Assembly: GCF_004010195.1 (NCBI RefSeq) | Contig: NC_057755.1 | Location: forward strand, 8,807,685 to 8,871,684 | Length of the DNA stretch: 64,000 nucleotides | Source: Chiloscyllium plagiosum | Lineage: Eukaryota | Direction: 5' to 3' | Shown: in pieces, positions 12,078 to 26,372 of the stretch | How the letters are laid out: each line of letters opens with the position of its first letter | How positions within the stretch are numbered: position 1 is the first letter of the stretch | Notes under the pieces: generated by a model | Database searches by the model: none | What the model saw: only the letters and a program-made list of their open reading frames with translations | What the model was told of the DNA's origin: nothing | Translations under genes and position numbers: made by a program

Positions 12078-14455
12078 ATGGAGTCACAGAGACAAAGAGA
12101 TGTGCGGCACAGAAATAGACCCATCAGTCCAACACCTCGGTGCTGACCAGATGTTCCAACACAATCTAGTCCCATCTGCCAGAACCTAGCCTATATCCCT
12201 CGAAACCCTTCCTATTCATATAAGCATTACAAATGCATTTTAAACGTTGCAATTGTACTAACTTCCATTACTTGCTCGGGCAGCTCATTTCATACACGTA
12301 CCACCCTCTGAGTGAAAACGTTGCCTCTTAAGTTTCTTTTATATCTTTCCATTCTCACCTTAAACATATTCACTCTAGTTATGGACTCCCCATCCCAGGG
12401 AAAATAATTTGTCTATTTATCCTATCCATGCCCCTCATGATTTTGTAAATCTCTGTCAAGGCACTGCTCAGCCTCCGATGCTCTATCGAACCCTGGCAAC
12501 ATCCTTGTGAGGCTTTTCTGAACCCTTTCAAGTTTCACAACATCTTAACCAATGTCCTGTACAGCCGTAACATGACCTCCCAACTCCTGTACTCAATATT
12601 CTGACCAAGTAAGGAAAGCATACCAAACGCATTCTTCACTATCCTATTTACCTGCGACTCCACTTTCAAGGAGTCAAGAAGATCTCTTCTCTCAGCATCA
12701 CTCCCTAGGACATTACCATTAAATGGATAAGTTCTACTAAGATTTACTTACCCAAAATACACCACCTCACATTTATCTAAATGAAACTCCATTTGCCACT
12801 TCTCAGCCATTGGCCCATCTGATCAATGTCCAGTTGTAATCTGAGATAACATTCTTCGCTGTCCACTACACCTCCAATTTTGGAGTAATCGGCAAACTTA
12901 CTAACTATACCTCAAATACTCACTTCCAAATCATTTATATAAATGATGAAAAGAAGTGGATCCAACACAGATCCTTGTGGCACTCCACTGGTCACAGGTC
13001 TCCAGTCTGAAAAACAACCCTCCACCAACACTCTCTGACTTCTACCTTTGAGGCCGTTCAGTATCCAAATGCCTAGTTCTCCCCGTATTCCGTGAGATCT
13101 AACTTGCTAACCTGTCTCCCATGCCGAACGCCTTACTGAAGTTCATATAAATCACGTCTACCGCTCTTCCCTCATCAATCCTCTTTCTTACTTCTGCAAA
13201 GACCTCATTCAAGTTTGTGAGACACGATTTCCCATGCATAAAGCCATGTTGACTATCTCTAATCATTCATTGCCCAATAATACATATACATCCTGTCCCT
13301 CAGGATTCCATCCAACAACTTGCCCACCACCGGTCTATAGTTCCCTGGCTTTTCCTTACCTGCTTTCTTAAGCAGTGGCACCACGCTAGCCAATCTCCAG
13401 TCTTCCAACACCTCACTTGTGAGTATTGATGATACAATTATCTCAATAAGAGGCCCAGCAATCACTTTCTTAGCTTCCCACAGAGTTCTAGGGTACAACT
13501 GAACAGGTCCAAACGATTTACCCATTTTTATGCCTTTCAAGACATCAGACACATCCTCCTCTGTAAAATGGACAATTTTTCAAGATGTCACCATCTATTT
13601 CACTACATTCTATATCTTCCATGTCCTTGTCCACAGTAAATACCAATGCAGAATACTCGTTGAGGGCCCTCCCTATCTCCTGCAGCTCTACACAAGTGCT
13701 GCCTTACTGATCTTTGAGGGCACTTTTCTCTCACTGGTTACCCATTTTTCCTTAATGTATTTGTAAAAACTCTTTGGATTCTCTTTCATTCTTTTTGCCA
13801 AAGCTATCTCATGCCCCCCTTTATCCCTCCTCATTTACCTCTTACGAATACTCCTACTTCCTTTATACTCTTCTAAGGATTTACTCGATCTATCCTGTCT
13901 ATACCTGACATATGCTGCCTTCTTTTTCTGAACTAAACTCTCAATTTCTTTAATCGTGCAGTATTACCCATACCTACCAGCCTTTCTTTTCACCCTAACA
14001 GGAATATAATTTCTCTGGACTCTCGTTATCTCATTTCTGAATCCTTCCCATTTCCCAGCTGTCTCTTTACCTGCGAACATCTACGCCGAATCAGCTTGCC
14101 TATTATCGTCGAAATTGACCTTCCTCCAATTTAGAACTTCAACTTTTAGATCTTGTCGATCCTTTTCCATCACTATTTTAAAGCTAATAGAATTATGGTC
14201 GCTGGCCGTATTTCCCAAGTGTAGGTCAAGTTTTGCTTCTTTAGTCGGTACATCCACATATTGAATCAGAAAATATTCCTGTACACACTTAACAAATTCC
14301 TCTCCATCTAAACCCTTAACACTTTGACACTTCCAGTTAATATTTGGAAAGTTAAAAATCCCCGAACATAACCACCCTCTTATTCTTACAGGTAACTGAG
14401 ATCTGCTTACAAATGTATTTCTCAATTTCCCTCTGACTATTACGGGGTCTATAAC
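12078..14455 (-). mobile_element. CR1/HER1-like LINE ORF2 fragment
   Basis: ORF remnants WRLASVVPLLKK..PGNYRPV and FNFPNINW..ASDHNSISF. The 3'UTR lies at ~12080-12250. Absent from unit B. Confidence 0.85.
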
Positions 14456-15150
14456 CACGTTCCTCTGAGGTTTATTGCAAAACAGAACATACCTGAAGAA
14501 TAAATTGTCACTAATTTCTTGAGAATAAGAAATGGATATTTTGGCCATGTGTACTCAAGTACAGAAGTATATGAGTACAGTGAAAAGTGCGCGTTGTCAC
14601 CATTCCCAGCATCACCTTCGGAACAAACGTCCCTCAGTTCAAAATCTTAAGTATAAAATAGAAAAAATAATGTTCAAAGATTAGTTTTGAAATGTTTTTT
14701 CAAAGACAGAACAATATGCTGCAGTTTGCAATAAAGCTATTTTGTACCAGATGTAGCTTTTCCTTCGGTATTGCCTTTAAAATAAACAAAATACTGCGAC
14801 AGGTTTTCCAATGAGTGGAAATCACTCAATGAGTAGTACTCATGCCCTTTTCTTTCTGATGAAAGAATGGAACTCTGCATTTCTGAGAGGAGATTCCATT
14901 TAGCGTTACCGTCATGAATGTGGAACTGTACTTCCAGCCTGACAGATCATTCCTGACTGGAACTGTCTTATAATGCAGAACGTAACTGCATTTGACAGTG
15001 CTGTAAGAGTAAGGTGCCAAATGGTTAATGATGTAGGACTTCAGATTAATCGGGTGCCAGTTGGTTAGATTGTCAAGGTGCCAGCTATGTAGAGTGCTGA
15101 CTTGTGAGGAGTTTGAATGCTGACTAGAATGTGGGTAGTGTAGGGACAGA

Positions 15151-18100
15151 TATAAACAGGAGATTCAGAGTCCACTACGTTTAGGGGACTGAATCTGTAC
15201 TGGCTGGTGATACAGTCAGTATGTTACTGTTAGTTTCTGTTTTCTCCCCTTTTTTGAAGGGGGAAAACCTGATCACTGAACTGGCTGAATTATTTAGCCA
15301 GTTTCTTGACTGGCATTCCTTTTAGTGAGGACTGATTGTTAAACTCCTGATGCACATAAAGTGTTCCAGGTGTAACTCTGTTCTCATTAGGGGATTGTTG
15401 CTTCACTGGCTGGTTACAGCCTGAGTGCTACCCTTTTCTCTTTTTTCTTTTTGAGGAAAAGACAATGTTAATTTTGTGGTAGGGCTTAGCCCTTTGACTC
15501 TAGTTTCTTTTGTTTCTTTTTTTGTTTGTGTCTTCACTTTTTTTGGTGTTTGGACTGAGCCCTTATGGAAGACATATATTTTACCAGAGGAACTGTTCCT
15601 GTGGGGAGGCCTAGCCCTGGGACAGGGCCTCTGAAAATTGAACACCTGTGCGTGTGCTGGGAGGGGAGCACTTGCTGTATCCTGGAGTTTGGGAGAAGAC
15701 CTTTCCTTTGGGAGTGGACCAAACCCCTGTGAGTTAACTGCACCTGTACACTGTACTGTTCCTGTGAGTGGGCCTGGTTTTCAAAGGCTGGGCCAGGACT
15801 CCATGGAGACTGAATACTTGTTTGCTGTGCATTTCCTGCCTTTGCGAGTGGACTCTGCAATTTGGAGTGGACTCCACTTCTGATGATGCATGCTGTCAGC
15901 TGGAGCAGACTCTGTTCCTGAGAATGGACTATGTATTTTTGAAGACTCTGTATCTGGACTCTGTGTGTACCAGAAAGGACTCTGTTTTATTGGCAATTAA
16001 TTGTTTTGTGGTGTTTGTTTAGTCTATCACTTGCATTGGATTAGGTGTCCCTGGGTCTGGCAGGCCTTAACTGTGAGCTGGGAGGCTCATGTGTCGTCCT
16101 GAAAGCTGTCACCCCGAGAGCTGGAAGGTGGGTAGGCCATCCTGTGAACCTGAAGGTTGGTAGGCTGTCCCGAAAGCCGGAGGGTGGGTAGGTAACCCTG
16201 ATGCCAGTCTGACAGCGCTCAGAACAGCCTACACACCTTCTCGCTCTTGCAGCGACTGGCACCGGGGTGGCCTACTCACCCTCCAGCTTTTAGGACAGCC
16301 TCCCAACCTTCAGGTTCACAGGATGGCCTACCCGCCCTCTGGCTCTCACGGTTACAGCTTTCAGGACGATCCATGAGCTTCCCAGCTCACAGTAAGGCCT
16401 GCCAGACCCAGGGACACACAACACAGTGCAGGTGATAACCCTCACAAACCACATTACAGAGTTAATTACCGACAAACAGAGTCCTTTCCGATACATAGAC
16501 AGTTCTCTTTAAAATGCAGAGTCCATTCCCAGGAGCAGAGTCCACTCCAGTATGCAACGTGCATTGTCAGAAATAGAGTTCACTCCAATCTGCAGATTCC
16601 ATTGCTAAAAACAGAGTCCACAACAGAGGGCAGAATCCATTCCCGAAGGTAGCAAATGCACACCCCACAGCACAACAGGTATTCAATCTCCATGGAGTCC
16701 CACGCTGACGCACAGGTACACAGTATATTGTAAAAGTGCAGTTAACTCACAGGGGCTTGATCCACTCCTGAAGGAAAGTTCTTCTCCGAAACTCCAGGAT
16801 ACCGCAAGTGCACACCTCCCAGTGCACACACATGTGTTCAATCTTCAAAGCCCAAGTCCCAGGGCTTGGTCTCCTCACAGGAACAGCTTATCTGGTAAGA
16901 TGTATTTCATCACAAGGGCTCAGTCCATACACCAAAAAACAGTGAAGACACGTACAAAACAAAGAAAACTAAAATCCAAGGGCTAAGCCCTACCACAAAA
17001 TCAACATTTGCCCTTTTTTTTCAAAAGTAAAAGAGAAAAGAGTAACACCAGGCTGCAACCAGCCAGTGAAACAACAATCCGCTAAAGTGAACTGAGTTAA
17101 ACCCGAAACATATCGTGTGTATCAGGAGTTTGGAAATCAGTTTTCACTAAAGGAATACCAGTTAAAAAACTGGCAAAGTAATTCAGTCAGGGCCGGAATC
17201 AGGTTTCCACCCCTGAAAAAAAACAGAAACCAACAGTAACAGTAACACAGTAACTGTGGCCCAGCCAGCAGAGAATCAGTCCCCGAAATTGAGACGACTT
17301 TGAATCTCCTGTTTATATCACTCAGCCAGGGCTTTCCTGATTGTCCCAGGTTAACAGTAACAGACTGACTGTGGTCCAGCCAGCGCAGAGTTAGTCCCCT
17401 AAACTGAGAAGACTCTGAATCTACTGTTTTTTTGACTTTCTGAATCTTCCTTTTTTATTTTATTAAACAATTGCGAAACAGTTTATAAAAAAAAGTTAAC
17501 ATTAACAGCTGTATGCAAAGAGACAGCAATTTTACAAGGGAAAGGAGCAGCAAAGCCAGGCCCCAAACCCTACCGTTCAACTGGTTTACAGGGAGATGAG
17601 GCTGAACCTCAAATTCCAGATTCAAACATTACAAACAGCAACAATCACATTTGTTCATAAAAAGGTAATACAATTACATAAAAGAACAGTGCATACAATA
17701 CAGACCCAGCAATCCCCGTCCCTTCCGGCCACTATAAGGCAGCCTGCCCCTACGTACCTTCCAGCTCTCGGTCCACCCATTCTCCTTCCCAATCTCGGTC
17801 CGCCCTGACACACCTTTCGACCACCTCTAGAACAGCCCGCCCCGGTACCTCTGGGGTGACAGCGCTGAGGACAGCCTACCTGCCTTTCGTCTCTCTGTCT
17901 GCCCCTACGTTCCGTTAGGATATCACCCACCCCGATGCACCATCTGGCCCGTGGACTACCCTGACACACCTTCCGACCACCTCTATGACAGCCGTCACGA
18001 TTCCCCCTTATCGGGACGACAGCGCTCAGAACGGGCTACCCACCATCTGGCTCTCGGGGTGACAGCTTTCAGGAGGACCCATGAGCCTCCCAGATCAAAG

Positions 18101-21100
18101 TAAGGCCGGCTAGACCCAGGGATACCAACACAGTACAGGTGATAACCCCAACAAACCACGTGACAGTTAATTGTCAACAAACAAAGTCCGCTCTGGTACA
18201 TAGAGTCCATTACTATAAAGTTTTCTTCAAGATGTAGAAACCATTCCCAGGAGAAGAGTCAACTCCAGTATACAAAGTGCATTACCAGGGGAAGAGTCCA
18301 CTCCAAACTGCAGAGTCCTTTGCTAAAAACAGGGTCCACAACCGAGGGCAGAGTCCACTGCCGAATGAAGAAAATGCACACCCCACAGCACAACAGGTAT
18401 CAATCATCATGGAGTCCTGGCCCATCCTTAGAGAATCAGGCCCGCTCACAGGTACACAGTATATTGTAAAGGAGCAGTTAACTCACAGGGGTTTGTTCCA
18501 CTCATGAACGAAGGTTTTTATCCCAAATTCCAGGATACAGCTACTGCTGGCTTCCCAGCACACACACACAGTTGTTCAATCTTCAGAGGCCCAGTCGCAG
18601 GGCTTGGTTTGCCCACTGGAACAGCTCATCTGGAAGGTTGTAATTTCTCACAAGGGATTAGTCCAAATACCAAAAAACAGTGAAAGCAAATAAGAAATAA
18701 AACAAAGAAAACTAGAATCCAAGGGCTAAGCCCTACCACAAAATTAACACTGTCGTTTTCTCAAAAGAGGAGAGAAAAGTGTAACATGCAGGCTGTAACC
18801 AGACAGTGAAACAACAATCTCCTAATGAGAACTGAGATACACCTGAAACATGTTGTGTGCATCAGGCATTTTAGAAATCTGTCCTCAAAAAAGGAACATC
18901 ATTTAACAAACTGGTTAAATAATTCAGTCAGTTCAGGAATCAGGTTTCCCCCAAAAAAAGCAGAAACCAACTGCAACAGTAAGCACTGATTGTGGCGCAG
19001 CCAGCATAGAGTCAGTCCCCTAAACTGAGTGCACTCTGAATCTCCTGTTGATATCAGTCAGCCAAGCCTTTCCTGATTGTCCCAGGTTAACAGTAAAACA
19101 CTGACTGTGGCCAAGCCAGCACAGAGTCAGTCCCCTAAACTGAGTGGACTCTGAATCTCCTGTTTATTTTATTTTTTTCCAGTTTATTTTTTTAAATTGT
19201 ATTTAAAAATTACAAAACCGTTTACAAAAAGGAAAACAGTTAACATTTACACCGGCAATTTTACAAGGGAGAGGATCAGCAAAGCTAGGCCCCAAATCCT
19301 ACCGTTCAACCAGTTTAAAAGGGAATTGAGAAACAAACCACAATTCCCAGCTTCAAATATAAAAAGACAGCGACAATGACATAAGACAATCCAGTTACAT
19401 AAAAAGTGCAGACAATACAGACCCAGCAAGCCCCCATCACTCCCACCTTCCGACCACTCTAAGGTAGCCCACCCCTACGCACCTTTCGGCTCTGGGTCCA
19501 ACCCATGCCCCTCCAGTTCTCGGTCCATCCTGACTCACCTTTCGATCACCTCTAGTACAGCCCGGTCCGGTACCCGCCCGGGGTGACAGTGGTCAGGATG
19601 GCCTACCCACCTTCCAGCTTCTCGAACCATCCTCAGCACCTTTCGACCACATCTACGACAGCCCGTCCCGGTATCCACCCGGGTGACAGCGCTGAGGTCG
19701 GATACCCGCCTTCAGGCTCCAGGTCAGCCCCTATGTACCATTGGGATCACACTACACCCCGATGCGCTGTCTAGCTCGTGGGATATCCTGGCACACGTTC
19801 CAGCCACCACGAGGACAGCCTGTCCCCTTCCCCAGGGATGACAGCATGCAGGGTAGCCCACAAGCTTTCCGGATCTCAGCCTGCCCGGACGCGCCTTTTG
19901 GCTCTTGGCTGCTCTGTCACCTTTCGACCACCTCTAAGACAGCCCATCTCGATTGCCCCTTCCCGGGACGTCAGTACTCAGAATTGCCTACCCACCATCT
20001 GCCTCTCGTGGCGACTGGCATGAGGGTGGCCTACCCACCCTCCGGCTTTCTGGACAGCCTACCAACCTTCAGGTTCACAGGACAGCCTACCCACCCTCCA
20101 GGTCTCGGGGTGACAGCTTTCAGGACAACCCATGAGCCTCCCAGCTCACAGTGAGGCCTGCCAGACCCAGGGACACAAGAGAGTGCAGGTGATAACCCCA
20201 ACGAGCAGCACAATACAGCTAATTCCTCAAAAAGAGTCTTTTCTGGTGCACAGTCGAAGTATATAGAGTCTTCAAAATGTAAAGTTCATTTCCAAACCAG
20301 TATACAATATGCATTGTTAGAAATAGAGTCCACTCCAAGCTGCAGAGTCCGTTGCTAAAAACAGAGTCCACAACCAAGGGGAGAGTCCACTCCTGAAGGC
20401 AGAAAATGTACAGCACACAAGTGTTCAGTCTCCATGGAGTCTTGGCCCAGCCTTGGAAAACAAGGGCCACTCACAGGAACATAGTATATTGTACAGGTGC
20501 AGTTAACTCACAGGGGTTTGGTCCATTCCTGAAGGAAAGGTCTTCTCACAAATTCCAAGGTACAGCAAGTGCTCACCTTCCAACACACACACACAAGTGT
20601 TCAAACTTCAGAGGCCCAGTCCCAGGGCTAGGCCTCCCACAGGAACCGCTCCTCTGGTAAAATGTATGTCTTCCACAAGGGGTCAGTCCAAACACCAAAA
20701 AACAGTGAAGACACGTACAAAACAAAGAAAACTAAAATCCAAGGGCTAAGCCCTACCACAAAATCAACATTTGCCCTTTTTTTTCAAAAGGGCACCTAGA
20801 GGTGGTCGAAAGGTGTCAGAGCAGCCGAGAGCCAGAAGGCGTGTAGGGGCAGACTGAGATCCGGAAGGCTAGTGGGCTACCCTGCACGATGTCATCCCAG
20901 GGAAGGGGACAGACTGTCCGAGAGGTGGCCGGAAGTTGTGCCAGGATAGCCCACTGGTCGGAGGTGCATCAGGGTGGGTGAGAGCTCAATGGTACGTAGG
21001 GGCAGACCGAGAGCCAGAAGGCGGGTAACCATCCTCAGCGCTGTCACCCTGGGCAGATTACGGGGCGGGCTGCCCCAGAGGTGGTCGAAAGGTGCTGAGG

Positions 21101-23470
21101 GTGGTTAATGAAGCTGGAAGGTGGGTAGGCCGTCCTGACCACGGCCACCCCAGGCGGGTACCGGGCCGGGCTGTCCTAGAGGTGGTCGAAAGGTGTGTCA
21201 GGGCGGACCGAGAACTGGAAGGGGCATGGGGTGGACCGAGAGCCGGAAGGTGGGTAGGGGCGGGCAGCCTTAGAGTGGCCGGAAGATGGAAGGGATGGGG
21301 GCTTCCTGGGTCTGTATTGTCTGCACTTTTTTAAATGTAACTGGATTGACTTATGTATAAAGGTCATTGTTGCTGTCTTTTTATATTTGATACTGCAATT
21401 TGTGGTTTGCCCTCATTTCCCTGTAAACTTGTTGAACGATAGGGTTTGGGGCCTGGCTTTGCTACTCCTCTCCCTTGTAAAATTGCTGTTATTAACATCT
21501 GTAAATGTTAATTGTTTTTTGTAAATTGTTTTGTAATTTGTTTAATAAAATATTATAAACAGGAGATTCAGAGTCCATTCAGTTTAGGTGACTGACTCTG
21601 CGGTCTTGTCCAACAGTCAGTGTGTTACTGTTACCTGGTCCAATCAGGAAAGCCCTGGCTACTAATATTAACAGGAGTTTCAGGGTCTCCTCAGTTTAGG
21701 GGACTGAATCTGTGCTGGCTGGTGCTACAGTTGGTTTCTGCTTCCTTTTGTTTGGAGGAGGAAACCTGATTCCTGAACTGGCTGAATTATTTAGCCAGTT
21801 TGTTAACTGGCATTCCTCTTAGTGAGTTGAGAACTATGGTGCTCGATAAACACAGAAGGCTAGGCAGCATCCGAGGAGCAGGAGAATCGACGTTTCGGGC
21901 ATAAATCCTTCTTCAGGAATGAGGCTGGTGTGCCAAGCAATGAGGAAGCTGGAGAAATCTACATTCATCCCGTGTGGTTGGAGGACTTCTAGGCGGAAGA
22001 TGAGGTGTTCTTCCTCCAGACGTGTGTGGCCAGGGTCTGGCGATGGAGGAGGCCAAGGACCTGCATGTCCTTGGCGGAGTGGGAGGGGGGGGTTAAAGTG
22101 TTCAGCCAAGGGGTGGTTGGGTTGGTTGATGCGGGTGTTCCCTGCAAGTAGGCGGCCTGTCTCCTCAGTGTAGAGGAGACCACATCGGGTGCATCGGATA
22201 CAGTAAGTGATGTGTTGGAGGTGCAGGTGAATTTGCAACAGATATGGAAAGATCCATTGAGGCCTTTTAGTGAGGACTGATTGTTAAATTCTTGATGCAA
22301 GTAATGTTTTTCAGTTGTAACTCAGTTCTCAATAGGGGGTTGTTGTTTCACTGGCTAGGTTACAGCCTGTGTGTTACTCTTTTCTCTCCTCTTTACTTCT
22401 GAGGAAAGGACAATGTTAATTTTGTTGTTTCACTGGCTGGTTGCAGCCTGGTGTTACTCTTTTCTCTTTTACTTTTGCCTCTCCCTTGTAAAATTGCAGT
22501 CTCTCTGTTTACAAACTATAAATGTTTATTGTTTTGTATACTGAATTGCTTAATAAAATAAAGTAACAAAAACACAGGAGATTCAGAGTCTTCTCAGTTT
22601 AGCGGACTGACTCTGTGCTGGCTGGGCAACAGTTAGTGTGTTACAATTACTGTTGGTTTCTGCATTTTTATGGGGTGGAAAGCTGAGTGTGGGTAGGACA
22701 CTCCGATGCCAGTCGCCCCGAGAGCAGAAGGTAGGTGGGCTGTTCTGAGCGCTGTCGTCCCGAGAAGGGGTGATCGGGAGGGGCTGTCCTAGAGGTGGTC
22801 GAAAAGTGTGTCAGAGCAGCCGAGCACCAGGGGCAAGCTGAGGTCCGGAAGGCTTGTGGTCTGCCCTGCACTCTGTCGTCCCTGGGATAGGTGATGAGCT
22901 GTTCTAGAGGTGGCTGGAAGGTGTGCCGGGATAGTCCACGGAGCAGATTGTGCATGGAGGTGTTGAAAGCCGGATGGTTCATAGGGGCAGACCGAGATAC
23001 GGAAGGCACGTATGCCGTCCTCAGCGCCGTCACCACGGGCAGGTACCGGGGCGGGCTGTCCTCGAGGTGGTCGAAAGGTGTGTCAGGGCGGACTGAGAAC
23101 TGGAAGGGACATGGGGTGGGCCGACAGCTGGAAGGTGCGTCAGGGCAAGCTGCATTAGAGAGGCCAGAAAGTGGGAGGGACCAGGGAGCTTGCTTGGCTT
23201 GCTTGGCTTTCTGGGGGTCTGAATTGTATGAACTGTTCCTTGCGAAATTGGACTGTCTTTCATGTTCGAATGTCTTTGTTATTGTTTTATACTGAATGAA
23301 ACTGGGATTTCAAGTTTCTAATTTCCCTGAAAACTGGCAAAACGGTAGGGTTTGGGGACTGGCTTTACCATTTGCCTCCCTTGTAAAATTGCTGTTTCTC
23401 TGTATACAACTGTAAATGTTTATTTTTTGTGTTAACTGTGAATTGTTTAATAGAATATAAACAGGAAAAA
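15151..23470. repeat. Macrosatellite-like array A of a ~1.6-1.9 kb non-coding unit (about 5-6 full/partial copies, 16210-20790 inverted)
   Basis: Recurrent modules: aacaggagattcagagtc...gactgactctg, ctggctgaattatttagccag, a tggactc-rich block, GC-rich gagagctggaaggtgggtagg subrepeats and a ctcccttgtaaaattgctg...tttaataaaa tail. Confidence 0.85.
21830..22262 (-). mobile_element. Penelope-like element fragment (GIY-YIG + terminal repeat)
   Basis: YCIRCTRCGLLYTEETGR..HPLAEHFN..RLEEEHLIFRL..LQPHGMNVDF, with a hammerhead-like terminal motif at 21886-21920. Confidence 0.8.
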
Positions 23471-23473
23471 AAA

Positions 23474-25510
23474 TAAACAGGACGGTCAAAGGTTCTGTTT
23501 ACTCTGAGAGCTGACTCTGAAGAAATCAGAACGATATGAAATACTTTACATGTGTAAATAAAGGGTGACTTGGTTATGGGATAACTACCTCTGTTGACGT
23601 ATTTCATTGGCAACGAGAGAGAGATTAATGAAGTATGCATGCAACAGTGCTTACCAGATGAAGTTCAGTTGGACTTCAATCAAACATATTAAATGATTTT
23701 GTCATTCGAAAATGTATCGAGTGGAGCATATCATTTGCAGGGTATGTCGGCCCACGTGGACACTCTCACCAGGTCACCTGGTCTAGGGGGACGCCATTTG
23801 CGTGAAGGCAATTGCATTGCCTCAGGACATATCGTGAGCGGATGGCCTCCAGGTCACCTCACACCAAAACCTCGATCAAAGCCAAACCTCGGCCAAATTG
23901 TTGACATTTTCTTCAGGATCGCAATCAGTAAGCCATTGTACTTGCTGCCGGTTTGCGTACTTGAGACATTGAAAGAGGCCCACGAGACGAGAAGTGAGAC
24001 AGAGAACTGATCGGCCGACATCCAGATGAGTGCGTACTCTGGAAAGCCTCCCTACAGTGGGCGTGAAGTTGATTTGCAACGTCCAGATTAGAACCCATCA
24101 AAATGAACATCTGGTGAACAGGTCACCATGTACTAACGTAGGTAGATACCGACAGAGCCGTATCAGTGATTGCAGAACCAATCTTTAACAGAGCTCGCTT
24201 GTGACTCCAACTGTTAAATTTGTGTAAGACCTTGGCGAGACTGACAACCTAACTCGAGGAATCTTTACAGATTACGGGGACAACTTCGGTTCTAGTCTTG
24301 TCTCAGAAGCAGCAGGTTAAGTTCTCACTGATTGTGGTAAAAGGCTCACGCCAAGTCTGAAAGGAGAAATCGGTCGAAAAAGGTTCATTTTAATTAGCTC
24401 AGCGCTTTTCGATTAGAAAATGGCTACTTGAGTGAAGTCTGAATGAAATTACCAGAGCTTTTTCAGGACGGTCTAGGGATTTCCAAAGGAGCCAAGGGCA
24501 CCTTTCATGTTGACCAGAAAACAATTTGCCGATTCTGTGAGGCCGGCTCAGTGCCATTTACCCTACAGGGAAAAGCAGAGGCAGAAATCAGGTGGCTGGA
24601 AAAGGAAGAAATCATCAACCCAGTACAGTTTGCAAAATGGGCAGCACCAGGCATACCAATTGTTAAAGCTGAATTTTTCGGTTTGCCATTGTGGGGATTT
24701 TCAACAAACTGCAAACTAATTTTCAGAGCTGGACAAATACCAAACCCATCATGAGAGCGAAAAGCATTTTATTTGGCAAAGCAAGAGGGATTGTCCTGAG
24801 CAAAGGTCTCCACCAGCCACTAGATGAACACCAGCGGGAAAATCCAAGAGTGCCCAAATTGAAGACGTTGGCGACAAGTTATGTCTGGTGACCGGGATTG
24901 GATGCCAACATCACCTCATTAGTGAGGCAGTGCCCAGAGTACCAACAAGGATCAAAATTACCACCAGATGTTGCCGCTCCCATACTCAAGGGAACGGCGG
25001 GGTTAACGCTGGACTCAGTTACACATGATGACAACTTTCCTTTCATTGGCTCAATGTTTTTGGTTTTAGTGGTTAGGGTTCATTCAGCAAAATTCGCAAT
25101 GATGATTGAAAAGCTGTGAGCATCATCTATGACGCTTGGACTCCTGGACGTATTGGTCACGGACAATGTGATGTTACTTCCAGCAGGGATTTCCAGTATT
25201 TTTTTCTGATGTTGAATGGCATCCAGAATGTTCAGCCCATTGCATAAAGCCATAATCTACTGGTCTGGCAGAAGGAGCAATCCGAACATTAAAGAAACAA
25301 CGCACAACTTCATTTGATTTCATACTATCCCATTTCCTGTTTTGATTGTCAGACCATACCTCATTCAATAACGGAGATAACTCCAGCAGAGTTGCTGACG
25401 GGGAGAAGATTCCAGACCAGGTTGAACCTGATGTTCCCGACCTGGGGGGAGGGTAAAAAAAATCAGGAACAACAATACCATCACATGCCTCCTCTTAGCG
25501 ACAGAGGCAG
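23474..25510 (+). mobile_element. Gypsy-type LTR retrotransposon remnant (LTR 3' part, PBS, gag-pol fragments)
   Basis: LTR ends ...aataaagggtgacttgg...atttca at 23606, then PBS-like tggcaacgag. Degenerate protease (VDTDRAVSVI), ELFQDGLG..KGAKG and integrase pieces (KLKTLATSYVW, PAELLTGRR). Confidence 0.8.
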
Positions 25511-25659
25511 TTTAAAATTAAATCAATAGTAAGACACAAATTTGGGTCAGATGATGTAGAATCTGTTTGGGTAGAACTGGGCAACCGCGAAGGTAAAGAA
25601 ACTACAGCTTGAGTAATGTCCAGGCGTCAAAACAGTGGTCAGGAGGTGAGGCGCAACAT

Positions 25660-26372
25660 ACCTTGGAGTGCAGGTTCATAGCTACTTGAAAATGGAGTCG
25701 CAGGTCGATAGGATAGTGAAGAAGGCGTTTGGTATGCTTTCCTTTATTGATCAGAGTATTGAGTACAGGAGTTGGGAGGTCATGTTGCGGCTGTGCAGAA
25801 CATTGGTTAGGCCACTTTTGGAATATTGCATGCAATTCTGGTCTCCTTCCTATCGGAAAGATGTTGTGAAACTTGAAAGGGTTCAGAAAAAAATTACAAG
25901 GATATTGTCAGGGATGGAGGATCTGAGCTACAGGGAGAGGTTGAACAGGCTGCGGCTGTTTTCTCTGGACCGTCGGAGGCTGAGGGGTGACCTTATAGAG
26001 GTTTACAAAATCATGAGAGACATGGATAGGATAAATAGACAAAGTCTTTTCCCTCGGGTCAGCGAGTCCAGAACTAGAGGGCATAGGTTTAGGGTGAGAG
26101 GGGAAAGATATAAAAGAAACCTAAGAGGCAACGTTTTCACGCAGAGGGTGGTACGTGCGTGGAACGAGCTGCCAGAGGATGTGGTGGAGGCTGGTACAAT
26201 TGCAACATTTAAGAGACATTTAAATGGGTATATGAATAAGAAAGGTTTGGAGGCACATGGGCCGGGTGCGGGCGGGTGGGACTCGTTTGGGTTCGGATAT
26301 CTGGTCGGCATGGACGCGTTGGACCGAAGGGTCTGTTCCCATGCTGTACAGCTCTATGACTCTAAGACTCTA
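25660..26372 (+). mobile_element. Younger CR1/HER1 LINE 3' fragment
   Basis: Open RT C-terminus LVRPLLEYCMQFWSPSYRKDVVKLERVQ...FTQRVVRAWNELP and ctctatgactcta tail. Confidence 0.88.

Noticed and set aside
14081..14548. 155-aa ORF as a gene
   Set aside because: Chimera of flanking sequence and a CR1 endonuclease remnant.
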